DNA from: Octopus sinensis
Taxonomy: Eukaryota
DNA length: 64,000 nucleotides
Reading direction: 5' to 3'
Assembly: GCF_006345805.1 (NCBI RefSeq)
Contig: NC_043000.1
Span: forward strand, 132,680,001-132,744,000
The position numbers were made by a program, and so were the translations under genes. Position 1 is the first letter of the stretch, and each line of letters opens with the position of its first letter. Shown one piece after another: positions 13,001 to 23,078 of the stretch. The notes beneath the pieces are model-generated. The model had not been told where the DNA came from and searched no databases. It saw only the letters and a list, made by a program, of their open reading frames with translations.

Positions 13001-14672
13001 GCCCCTGATGTCTTAGCGGCGATAAACGAAATAATAACAACAATTCAGCAGTAGGCCCCGATAGGTTCCCTGCTTGTGTCCTGAAGGTGTGTCGACACCA
13101 ACTTGCATCTCCCCTTGCTAATCTGTGGAGAAACTCACTGGATGCTGGCTATATTCCAAAAAAACCTTCTGTCCCAGTCTGTTGTCCCAGTTTTCAAAAA
13201 GGGAAACAAGTCCCTTGCAGTGAATTACCGTCCGATCTCACTCACCTCTCATATCATCAAGGTATTTGAGAGGGTGGTGAGATCTCGAATAACCCAATTT
13301 CTGGAAAGCAACAGACGGCTGATCTCCAACCAACACGGGTCCGTAATGGAAGGGACTGCCTAACGCAGCTCCTGCATCACTTTGAGGACATTTTGAGAGC
13401 TTTGGGAGAGGGCTCCAACACCGATGTCATCTACCTTGATTTCAGTAAGGCCTTCGACAGGGTCGATCACAAGATCCTATTGAAAAAACTATCCAACATT
13501 GGTGTCTCTGGAAAGTTACTGAATGGATCAAGTGTTTCCTGACAGACAGATCTCAACATGTTGTAGTTGAAGGGGTAAAATCAAGCCCAGCCAAAGTCAG
13601 TAGTGGCGTTCCGCAAGGCACTGTGCTGGGCCCACTTCTTTTCATCATTTACATTAATGACATTAATGACATCATCAAGCACAGCAACATAAAAATCTTT
13701 GCAGATGACTCCAAGCTACAGAAGGTCATAAATGAGGCGAGTGACCGGACATGCCTTCAGTCAGATCTACTGGCTGTTATCCAATGGGCAGAAAAAAACA
13801 ATATGCTGCTGAACGAGGATAATTTGAGCTAATCCACTTTGGAAAAGAGGATGCCCTGAAACTCCCATACTCCCTTCCTTCAGGTGATAACTCTCGCGGC
13901 GTCCAACAACATCAGAGACTTGGGAGTAATTGTGGACAACAACATAAGCTGGGCCACTCATATAAACACCAAAGTTGACATGGCCCGCAGAAGAATGGTT
14001 CCTGGATTCTCAGAACTTTCCAGTCGAGAGATATCCACACCATTATCCTTCTCTTCTCCACTTTTGCCCGACCCCACTTGAATACTGTTGTCCACTGTGG
14101 TCTCCCCACACAATACAAGGTATCATAAAAGTTGAAGCACCTCAAAGGGCAATCACAAAAAAGATAGATGGCATGACAGGCCTCGACTATTGGGGTCGAC
14201 TAGAAAAGCTAAAACTCTATTCTCTCCAACGTCGTCGTGAGCGCTACATCATCTGCATGATGTGGAAAATATTCCATCAGCATTGCCCAAATGATGTTGG
14301 CATCACCTCTTTAAGGTACATCCAAGGCTTGGGCCCCGTGCCATCCGCCCAAAACAAAAATCGCACTCTCATCTCATAACAACAATACGGCACAATTATT
14401 TCACCTCAATTGGCCCCGCTCTCTTTAACATTACACCAAAACACATTAAAACAGAAACTGACCCTATAGGGTTCAAGAAGTCTTTGGACAGATTCCTTCA
14501 AGAAATCCCGGATAAACCCCCTACACCCGGATATGTCTCTGTAAACAATAACTCTCTACTTGAGTGGGCCATAGTGCCCAAATTCTGACTTGAAAGACTT
14601 CACCAGGTGGTGCTTTTAAGTTAGACATGGCCTGGGCCAATAATGGCCGAAACCTATCAAAGTATCAAAGTA
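10040..14672 (+). mobile_element. Near full-length CR1-group LINE, frameshifted
   Basis: ORF1 is at about 10499-11300 (Gln-rich, 2 CCCH fingers). ORF2 at about 11625-14588 has an APE domain (ETHL, GDFNLP, LDLVF, SDHD) and RT (YLDFSKAFD, GVPQGTVLGPLLF, FADDSKL). The 3' end has a GGCC-AATAAT-GGCC stem-loop and a (TATCAAAG)2 tail. The 5' boundary is approximate. Confidence 0.92.
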
Positions 14673-14683
14673 TATACATATAT

Positions 14684-14756
<73 letters not shown>

Positions 14757-14800
14757 ATATACATATATATATATTATATATATATTATATACTCTTTATC
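14673..14800. repeat. (CA)n/(TA)n tract at the LINE 3' end
   Basis: Direct reading. Confidence 0.9.
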
Positions 14801-15081
14801 TTTTATTAAACTTTTAATACTTTTTGATAGTTATATTTTTTTAAAGTATTAAAATAAATAAATAGATAAATAAATAAATTAAATAATATATATATATATT
14901 TAAAAATTTATAAGTGTAAATTATTAATTTAAATAATTTTTAAAATTTTAACTTTAATTTAAATATTTTAAATTTTGAATTTTATATTTTATATATTTTT
15001 TATTAATTAATTTTACTTCTATGTATTGGTTTATGATTCTCACTGTTTGATTTGCTTAATAGTGGTTTTATCTCTAATTTA

Positions 15082-15117
<36 letters not shown>

Positions 15118-15196
15118 CTATAAAATTAGATTCAATCCTAAATCTAATTTTTCCCTGTAAGTTTGGATTTACTTCCTAATATTATATATATATATA

Positions 15197-15459
15197 ATAG
15201 GGGTAGAAAGGGCTCCTTAGCCGTAGTGAAGGCAATCTATCTAGGGAGATAACCTTACAATAAATCGCTCTGTCCGTAGCTTAGAAATACTGGGTTGACG
15301 TCCAGCGGGAACAGCTTTGTTTCATGGAGGAGGAAAGATCTTCTTTAGTACTTGGTTGTACAATGCTTTCCAATGTGTGTAGTAGTGGCGCGCGCACACA
15401 CATTATTAGCCATTTGAAAAGACTATGAGTCTCGACCACGGTCGAACAATGATGATGAT
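15197..15459 (+). mobile_element. Short non-autonomous retroelement with stem-loop and (GAT)n tail (RTE-related by tail and 5' motif)
   Basis: Ends TCGACCACGGTCGA hairpin + aacaat(gat)3. Its 3' 204 bp form the left arm of the palindrome. Confidence 0.45.
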
Positions 15460-15678
15460 ATATATATATATATCATCATCATCATTGTTCGACCGTGGTC
15501 GAGACTCATAGTCTTTTCAAATGGCTAATAATGTGTGTGCGCGCGCCACTACTACACACATTGGAAAGCATTGTACAACCAAGTACTAAAGAAGATCTTT
15601 CCTCCTCCATGAAACAAAGCTGTTCCCGCTGGACGTCAACCCAGTATTTCTAAGCTACGGACCGAGCGATTTATTGTA
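15256..15678. repeat. 423-bp near-perfect palindrome (204-bp arms, 1 mismatch, (AT)7C spacer)
   Basis: Paired positions sum to 30934 throughout. The only arm mismatch is 15271/15663. Confidence 0.95.
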
Positions 15679-15687
15679 TGTATATAT

Positions 15688-16346
15688 TGTTACGACTGGA
15701 TCTCTGTCGAACGAAAGCTGTTACGGAATCCCTCCCACAGGCCCGACCGATCAGAGAATGTTTTTTTTACTTCTTTTTCTTCACATATCAATACACAATT
15801 CACGTACCTTAGTTCCTACTATAATAGCCAGTGTCTCACACTGTACCTCATCTCTCTCAGCACTGCTAAATCCAACTTGCTAACCTGCTTGCCCTGAATA
15901 CCAAATCCTGGCCGCTAAATCCAACTTGCCAACGGCTCGCCCTGAATTCCAAATACCGACTGCCAAAACCTCTTGCTCTGTCACCACCCCCAATCTCTCT
16001 TAGCTCTAATACTCTCTCTATCGCCGCTTAGTCCTATGTGCCTGTCTTCATCGACGCTGTCACTGTCACTCTCTCTCTCCTAGCTCTGCAATACCATCTG
16101 TCTGTCCTCCTCTACGCTGTCACTGTCACTCTCTCATGACAGCTTCCAGATTCCTTAATCTGTCTTTCTCAGCCCTTCCTTTTAAGGGGTGTTTAGAACG
16201 AACTTTCCCTGACCGGCAAAAGGGTAGGGGGTCCTTCCAAAAGCCATTACTCTTCCCAAAACAAAGGACTATAACTTTGCATTCCAGACTTTCTGTCTCC
16301 AAGCCAGCAAAGTAGGTCATAGAGGTGTCCCTGACCATTCACAACA
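15688..16346. mobile_element. Solo LTR (Gypsy-like), 659 bp
   Basis: TGTT...AACA termini with an ATAT 4-bp target duplication inside a (TA)n tract. It has internal tandem duplications and no ORF. Confidence 0.65.
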
Positions 16347-16485
16347 ATATATATGTGTGTGTGTATGCATGTATGTGTATATATATACATATATATGTAT
16401 GTATGTATGTATATTATATATATATATATACATATATATGTATGTATGTATATATATATATATATATAATACATATATATGTATG

Positions 16486-16531
<46 letters not shown>

Positions 16532-16539
16532 TATGTATG

Positions 16540-16581
<42 letters not shown>

Positions 16582-16632
16582 TAGTATGTATGTATATATA
16601 TATATATATATATATACATATATATATGTATG

Positions 16633-16667
<35 letters not shown>

Positions 16668-16712
16668 CATATATATATATATAATATATATATATATATA
16701 TACATATATATA
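16347..16712. repeat. Compound (TA)n/(TATG)n tract
   Basis: Direct reading. Confidence 0.95.
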
Positions 16713-17201
16713 TTGTTGTATTTAGGGATGGTCATGTTGCCAGTTTAGCCAATAAAAATACATGCATTATATATTTGGTGTTAATTTGCTTCAGCTTTAT
16801 TTATTTTTTACATTAATCTTAATCTTATTTCGGCCAGAGTTCTTTCGTCACACTTCTGTGACCTCATCAATGGTCCTTTGCTTTCTTCTTTCTTATTTGT
16901 GTGTCTCTCCTTACTAACGATCAGCCATTTTGTATACATACAGCCATTTTGTATACATACAGCCATTTTGTATGTATACAAAATGGCTGATCGTTAGTAA
17001 GGAGACACACAAATAAGAAAGAAGAAATGCAAAGGACCATTGATGAGGCCACAGAAGTGTGACGAAAGAACTCTGACCGAAATAAGATTAAGATTAAAGT
17101 AAAAAATAAATAAAGCTGAAGCAAATTAACACCAAATATATAATGCGTGTGTTTTTATTGGCTAAACTAGCAATATGACCATCCCTAAATACAACAATAT
17201 A
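16709..17201. mobile_element. Inverted pair of Penelope-like terminal repeats (about 225-bp arms, about 96% identical)
   Basis: Arms are 16713-16937 and 16972-17197. The centre has a 19-bp tandem repeat (cagccattttgtatacata). Each arm carries a hammerhead-like UUGAUGAG-GUCACA/UGUGAC-GAAA motif. Confidence 0.65.
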
Positions 17202-18171
17202 CGACAGATGTGATTTTGAATGTCCCAAGAGGCGACAAAAATTGCGTTTCTTGGCGATTATAATTCAAGGATTAAGAATGATCATAGTACCTGGTTTTCT
17301 TTAGCCATGTAAGGGCTGAGAGAAAGGTATTTAAATGGTTTTCTATTGTTCCAGTTTTGAAACAGATCATAACTTGGTCGTTACAAACGAATTCTTTCAC
17401 CTAACGCAAATGCTCTAAGAGCTCTAAGCGCAAAGACACCTCGTCACAACACACTAACTTACGGACATTGTCGATGCAGACGATCACTATTTTTTTTCCT
17501 CCCCAAACTCTAGAGATTCTTCACAAACCATGTTTTGTGGCAAACATATTCTGTCATAAATTAGAGATTTTATCAGAGAAATGTACCTCGAGTCACTCGC
17601 AGTTGAAGTCCATTACGACCTGACCTGGCGTGGACTTCCTAAACTGACTATTGCCGCAAACAACTGGGAATATATCTGTATTGTTTTAATATATGTTTTA
17701 AATGGCTTTCAGATAGCAATGCAAGACAACATGGTACATGTATGGAGCCGAACAGTGTAAATGCACTAAAAAAACAGCAAAATTCATATAGTAGATTCAA
17801 CTCAAATCATGTCAAAATTTTATCGACCACTCACTCTTATTCTTCAAACAAGAATACATTTACTTAGATAAATATATAATGATACACTGAATAACTACTT
17901 ACCATATATCCCGGGTGTTGCTATATCACTCGTTAGGAAAAGAAGTGTGATTATAAGGAGAATTTTCATTTTGTTTCTGTAAAAATGCATATTTTTACTT
18001 ATTTACAAGACGTAGTGAAAACATGAATACAACTAAGTTAAATAATTCGCAATAAAGTTTTCTAGTTAGTATATTTATTACAAATGCTATTTTGATATCT
18101 TTTTTTTTTTTTTCATTTCTAGAAAGCTCTTCAGTTTTTTATGTCATTATTACTACAAAACTTTCAAGTGC

Positions 18172-18650
18172 CGCCGGGGTTGACTTTGCTTTTCATCCTT
18201 TCGGAGTAGATAAATTAAGTACCAGTTACGCACTGGGGTTGATGTAATCGACTCATCCCTCCTCCCAAAATTTCGGGCCTTGTGCCTATAGTAGACAGAA
18301 TTATTCTTTTCTACTCTAGGCACAAGGCCCGAAATTTTTGGGGAGGGGCCCAGTCGATTAGATCGACCCCAGTACGCAACTGGTACTTAATTCATCGATA
18401 CCGAAAGGATGAAAGGCAATGTCGACCTCGGCGGAATTTGAACTCAGAACGTAGATACAGACGAAATACCGCGAAATCCTTAGCGGTATTTCGTCTGTCC
18501 TTACGTTCTGAGTTCAAATTCCGCCGAGGTTGACTTTGCTTTTCTTCCTTTCGAGGTCGATAAATTAAGTACCAGTGAAAAACTGGGGTCTATCTCGACT
18601 AGCCTCCTAACCAAAACATTTCGGGCCTTGTGCCTAGAGTAGAAAAGAAT
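18172..18650. mobile_element. Three family B copies in +/-/+ arrangement
   Basis: 18172-18300 (+), 18303-18472 (-), 18480-18650 (+). Confidence 0.85.
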
Positions 18651-19208
18651 CTTAAGCAGGCCGGGAGAATTTTGTCTTAACAGCTTCCAAATTCAAAATA
18701 TTAAATGAAAGAGATGAATTTTCATTACGCTGGATACATTTATTTACAAAAACTTTCAAAAAAGCTTTCCAAATAAAAATAATACAGATCACGTAACATA
18801 ATCATATAATAGGCTAGGTACGCTTTTTCTTGATCCACAATATTTAGTACGGTTAGTATAAATTAGTATTTACAGTTATATCATTTTTAATTATTTTATT
18901 TAAATTTTCTAATTATCATTTTTAATTATAATTTTAAAATCATTTTCTTAACTTTTTAATTTCTTTAAATATTTTAAAGTACTTTTTTTATTATTTTTAT
19001 TATTTTTTAAAATAATTATTTCTCTATTTTTTCTTAGTTATATTTTAATTTTTAATTATATTTTAAACAGAAGTTTAGATTTTTTAAAACCTTTGATTAT
19101 GATATTTAAAAAATATATAATATAGTATATACTTCTTAGAATTAACTCATTTTTGATATTCTTGTGAATCTAAACTAATGACAGGTATTACTTTGAATAA
19201 GTAGGCTC

Positions 19209-19342
19209 AAAGTCGACTTTCCCTTCCATCCTTTCGGGGTCGATAAACTAAGTACCAGTTGAGTACGGGTGTTGATGTAATCGACTGGCCTCCTCCCCCA
19301 AAATTTTGGGCCTTGTACCTAGAGTAGAAAAGAATAAGTAGC
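19209..19342 (+). mobile_element. SINE family B, 5'-truncated (inverted twin of 20765-20897)
   Basis: Same truncation point and same private variants as the minus-strand copy. Confidence 0.85.
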
Positions 19343-19344
19343 CT

Positions 19345-19595
19345 CGGATCTTTACCTTTTGACCTGCAGATTTAGAAAATAATTTTTTGTAACTAAACAC
19401 TTTCAAACTTCGTATAGTGGTAGAATGTGTCATATAAAACATCTTTTACTCTTAGCGTTTTTGAGAAAAGTTTATGTTTATAAAGTTATTTCGTGTTAAA
19501 TTTCTCGTATTTCGGTAATTTCGGCCAATCAATGACGTATATTCAGCTGAATAAAATTACTGCTGTTGTTTATCAACAACAACTTCCGGCGGTGT
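19345..19595 (+). mobile_element. One-ended copy of the 21589-21857 MITE family
   Basis: Same left TIR and about 250 bp of shared internal sequence. It diverges after aacttccggcgg and no right TIR was found. Confidence 0.75.
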
Positions 19596-19867
19596 ATATT
19601 TCGTTTGTCACTGTTATTTATGACATATTTCATTTCAGTTATGTTTGTATGAATAAACGAGTGTATCTGAAGCATGTTTACTTCATGGCACCACCATAAT
19701 CGTTTGTGCATTTCTACTGCTTTTAGTTTTATTTTTCCTGTTTTTCAGTTACTATTTTGCCCCCCCTACCCCTCCAATTTCTTCATTTTTCATTTTTTCC
19801 GTAACTCTAACCCTAAAACCCCAACCCTAACCCTAAAACATTCCATCTCCTGTATGGCACCACCTTA

Positions 19868-20170
19868 GCACTTCCTGGACAGATGTTGGCACCCGTCAAC
19901 TTACCAAATGCGGACCCCACATCTTACGTCACGCGACTCAGATCATTCTTTGCTGACCTACTACCGATGCTTCCTCGTGACCAGTCTATTTCTTTTGCAG
20001 TACCTCCAGATATTTCTACCTGGACCCATATGTTTGTAAGAAATGATACACAGGACCCTATCGCGTTTTTAAAAGCACACCGAAACTGTTCACTATGGAC
20101 ATTCACGGGAAAAAAAGAGACTGTTTCTATCGACAGAGTAAAAAAAAAGCCTTCTAGTGAGACTTTTTAT
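19868..20170 (+). mobile_element. Ty3/Gypsy integrase C-terminal fragment
   Basis: YVTRLRSFF...PPDISTWTHMFVRND...TVSIDRVK resembles the Gypsy integrase C-terminus. The GPY/F segment is deleted. Confidence 0.75.
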
Positions 20171-20382
20171 TGATAAACTCGAAGAGACCCAGAACGAGTT
20201 GAAACGTGTTGTGCCCAATAAAGTCTATTACACATTCCATCTCCTATTTTATTAATACTTTTACCCCACCCGTCACTACGAAGTTCCTGCAACAAATCTA
20301 CGGATAACAACAGGTAATCGAAGAAACTGTGCCGGTGCTTTACTTATCTATTTATACACTTTGTATAATTTCTCCATTATAT

Positions 20383-20770
20383 ACTCTTTGCTCTTTACTC
20401 TTTTACTTGTTTCAGTCATTTGACTGCGGCCATGCTGGAGCACCGCCTTTAATCGAGCAACTCGACCCCGGGACTTATTCTTTTGTAAGCCCAGTACTTA
20501 TTCTATCAGTCTCTTTTTTGCCGAACCGCTAAGTAATGGGGACATAAACACACCAGCATCGGTTGTCAAGCAATGCAAGGGGACAAACACAGACACACAA
20601 ACACACACATATATATACATATATACGATGGGCTTCTTTCAGTTTCCGTCTACCAAATCCACTCACAAGGCTTTGGTCGCCGAGGCTATAGTAGAAGACA
20701 CTTGCCCAAGGTGCCACGCAGTGGGACTGAACCCGGAACCATGTGGTTGGTACTTACCACACAGCTACTT
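20383..20770 (-). mobile_element. SINE family A (head interrupted by a family B copy)
   Basis: Same body and tail as the 441-836 copy. Confidence 0.88.
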
Positions 20771-20897
20771 ATTCTTTTCTACTCTAGGTACAAGGCCCAA
20801 AATTTTGGGGGAGGGGGCCAGTCGATTACATCAACGCCTGTACTCAACTGGTACTTAGTTTATCGACCTCGAAAGGATGAAAGGGAAAGTCGACTTT
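20765..20897 (-). mobile_element. SINE family B, 5'-truncated
   Basis: Fused to the head of the family A copy at 20383-20770. Confidence 0.85.
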
Positions 20898-21058
20898 AAA
20901 CACTTCTCTTGTGTTTAAATGTACACTATTATAGACTTGTTTCATTTATATTCCTGAGCGCCATACTAATACAATTGTTTGTTTGTATTCCACCTGCCTT
21001 CGTCTTTTGTTTATTTTCATAAAGCTTCCCATATATATATATATATATATATATATAC

Positions 21059-21280
21059 ATTTAAACACAAGAGAAGATTACCTTTAATAGGTAATTTTTA
21101 CACGCTAGAAGAAGCAGTCAAAACGACTAAAACCACATTTAAGAACAATTTTCGAAAGGAATGAAAAATAGAAACTTTTACCTTGTTATTTTTTGCGATT
21201 ATACCTAGGTTTCAGATTATTTTAGCAAATAAAATAATTTGCTAGACGAATCCCCATCAGTAACCGTGCCTTAACAATTA

Positions 21281-21285
<5 letters not shown>
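21059..21285 (-). mobile_element. Short Penelope-like/retrozyme-like element containing the minus-strand hammerhead
   Basis: About 225 bp non-coding unit bounded on both sides by (TA)n/(CATA)n. Confidence 0.5.
21196..21266 (-). ncRNA. Type I hammerhead ribozyme, slightly degenerate (A9G)
   Basis: Reverse strand reads CGGUUA-CUGAUGG-GGAUU...UAGCAAAU/AUUUGCUA...AAUCU-GAAAC-CUAG-GUA-UAAUCG, with a 6-bp stem I and a palindromic stem III loop. Confidence 0.7.
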
Positions 21286-21337
<52 letters not shown>

Positions 21338-21588
21338 ATAAATATATATATATATACCATAAGCCAGGGGGTATGAGAGATAAATAAATTTATTTAACCA
21401 CAGGATATCCTTAGGGTTACGGCCGTTTCGCCCCCTTCTTCATATAGTAAATAATTTCAGTATGGAATAAATTATATTTGCATGTTTGCATTAATATGCA
21501 TGCTCAGCATTATTCATAAACCAATGCAAATAAAGAAAGCTAGCTCATCAGATCTTCAAAGCATCATGCTTACACCTACAAGTCAACT

Positions 21589-21857
21589 CGGATCTTTACC
21601 TTTTGACCTACAGATTTAAAAATAATTTTTTGTAACTAAACACTTTCAAGCTTCGGACACTGGTAGAATGTGTCATATAAAACATGTTTTACTCTTAGCA
21701 TTTTTGAGAAAAACATATTTACGAAGTAATTTCACGTCAAAGTAGTCCTATTTCGGTAATTTCAACCAATCAATGACGTGTATTCAGCTGAATAAAATTA
21801 CTGCCGTTGTTTGTCAACAAGAACTTCCGGCGGCGTAGGTCAAAAGGTAAAGGTCCG
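21589..21857. mobile_element. MITE with 23-bp TIRs (CGGAYCTTTACCTTTTGACCTAC)
   Basis: The TIR pair has 1 mismatch and the flanks are TCAACT/CCAACT. A related one-ended copy lies at 19345-19595. Confidence 0.85.
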
Positions 21858-23078
21858 CCAACTCTTGGACTAGATGCTTAATAAGAAGCATTTTTCCCAT
21901 TAAATCGTATTGCACAATACTTTTATCAGAATTGCTTCCAGTAGTTTTTTGAGAATGATATGGTGATATGGTGACAAACCATGTCACATTTCAACACACG
22001 GTAGTACGGAACTGTACCACACCAAAGTCGTACACAAGTAACATATACAAAAGAACTAGCCCAAGCATCCACTAAAATCACAAAAAAGTCAATTGCCTTC
22101 TTCTTACATAGAGGGCTATCACATATATTCTAAGAACATAGTTATTACGTGAATTCTTAAGTTAGATTCCTTTGACAATGTAGTGTGAACACAAATGATT
22201 GTTAATAAAAAAGTGTTTCAAATTAGTAGGGTGGTGTATCAACAGAATTTATAGAGTGTCAGACAAAAGCTTTTGAGGTATTTTGTTCACTTTTTCTTCT
22301 CAAAATCACCCAACGTTCCAAATAAAGTAATCAAGGTAACTTACTTTCTCTTGCTGTCTTAGACCTTTTTCTGTGATCCAGAGAAACCTGAAGTTGTTTA
22401 TATATGGAAATAAAATTTTGATTTATCACCAACACATGATATTTATACACCTTAAACGTTTCGTTAAACTTTGAATACCAGCTGAGAAGGTAATTGTCTT
22501 TAAACAACGACTAATTCAAATTATTATTGTAAGTTGCAACAGCATGACTTTTTGAAATGAAGCCAGTATAATAAAAATGATGAAGGTTAATCTTATTGTA
22601 CTAAATCATTGTTAATTTTAACTTCACTTCAGCTGTTGAAAACAGTTGTATACATTTTAAGTGATGCCCATGCAACATATTTCTCGGTGGTTATTTCAAA
22701 TTAAAATGAGTATATTCACGCCAGCCATTATTGAACTACCAAAGATCAAAATATGGACGTGTTTATTTTTCTTCTTGTAAAAAAATCACGAAATATCAAT
22801 GGCAGACTCAAGAAGTTTTTCTCGTTAGATCGTATGCTCGGAGTCAATCATGTGGAATTTTGGGGATGTGAGTTACGATGAAACTAAAAGTGGTATAGAG
22901 AGCATCTATTAACAGTTGTCTATATCACCTTTGAGATTTTGGAAGTGAGAGTGATTGTACTGGAGTTGGTGGACTCACTAAAAGCTGCTTTTCTTGGAAA
23001 TCGAATTGTCTTCAGATATTTTTTTCTATTGGAAGTCTTCAGTCTCAATCTGATATTCATTTTTATATTTCTACATAT

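Noticed and set aside
14620-14672. GGCC...GGCCGAAAC at the LINE 3' end as a hammerhead
   Set aside because: There is no CUGANGA box and no stem III/NUH site. It is better explained as the LINE 3' stem-loop.
14800-15190. Extremely AT-rich stretch (also 18880-19140) as a special element or hypermutated domain
   Set aside because: No definable structure. Low-quality consensus or ordinary decay next to microsatellites explains it equally well.
2383-20170. Gypsy protease/RT and integrase fragments as two halves of one element split by nested insertions
   Set aside because: They are 17 kb apart, with no RNase H or integrase core between them and no matching LTRs. The integrase piece has its own flanking repeat.
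22345-22387. 43-nt minus-strand exon-like segment with a GTAAGT donor
   Set aside because: The acceptor is weak, no neighbouring exon could be linked and no protein similarity was recognised.
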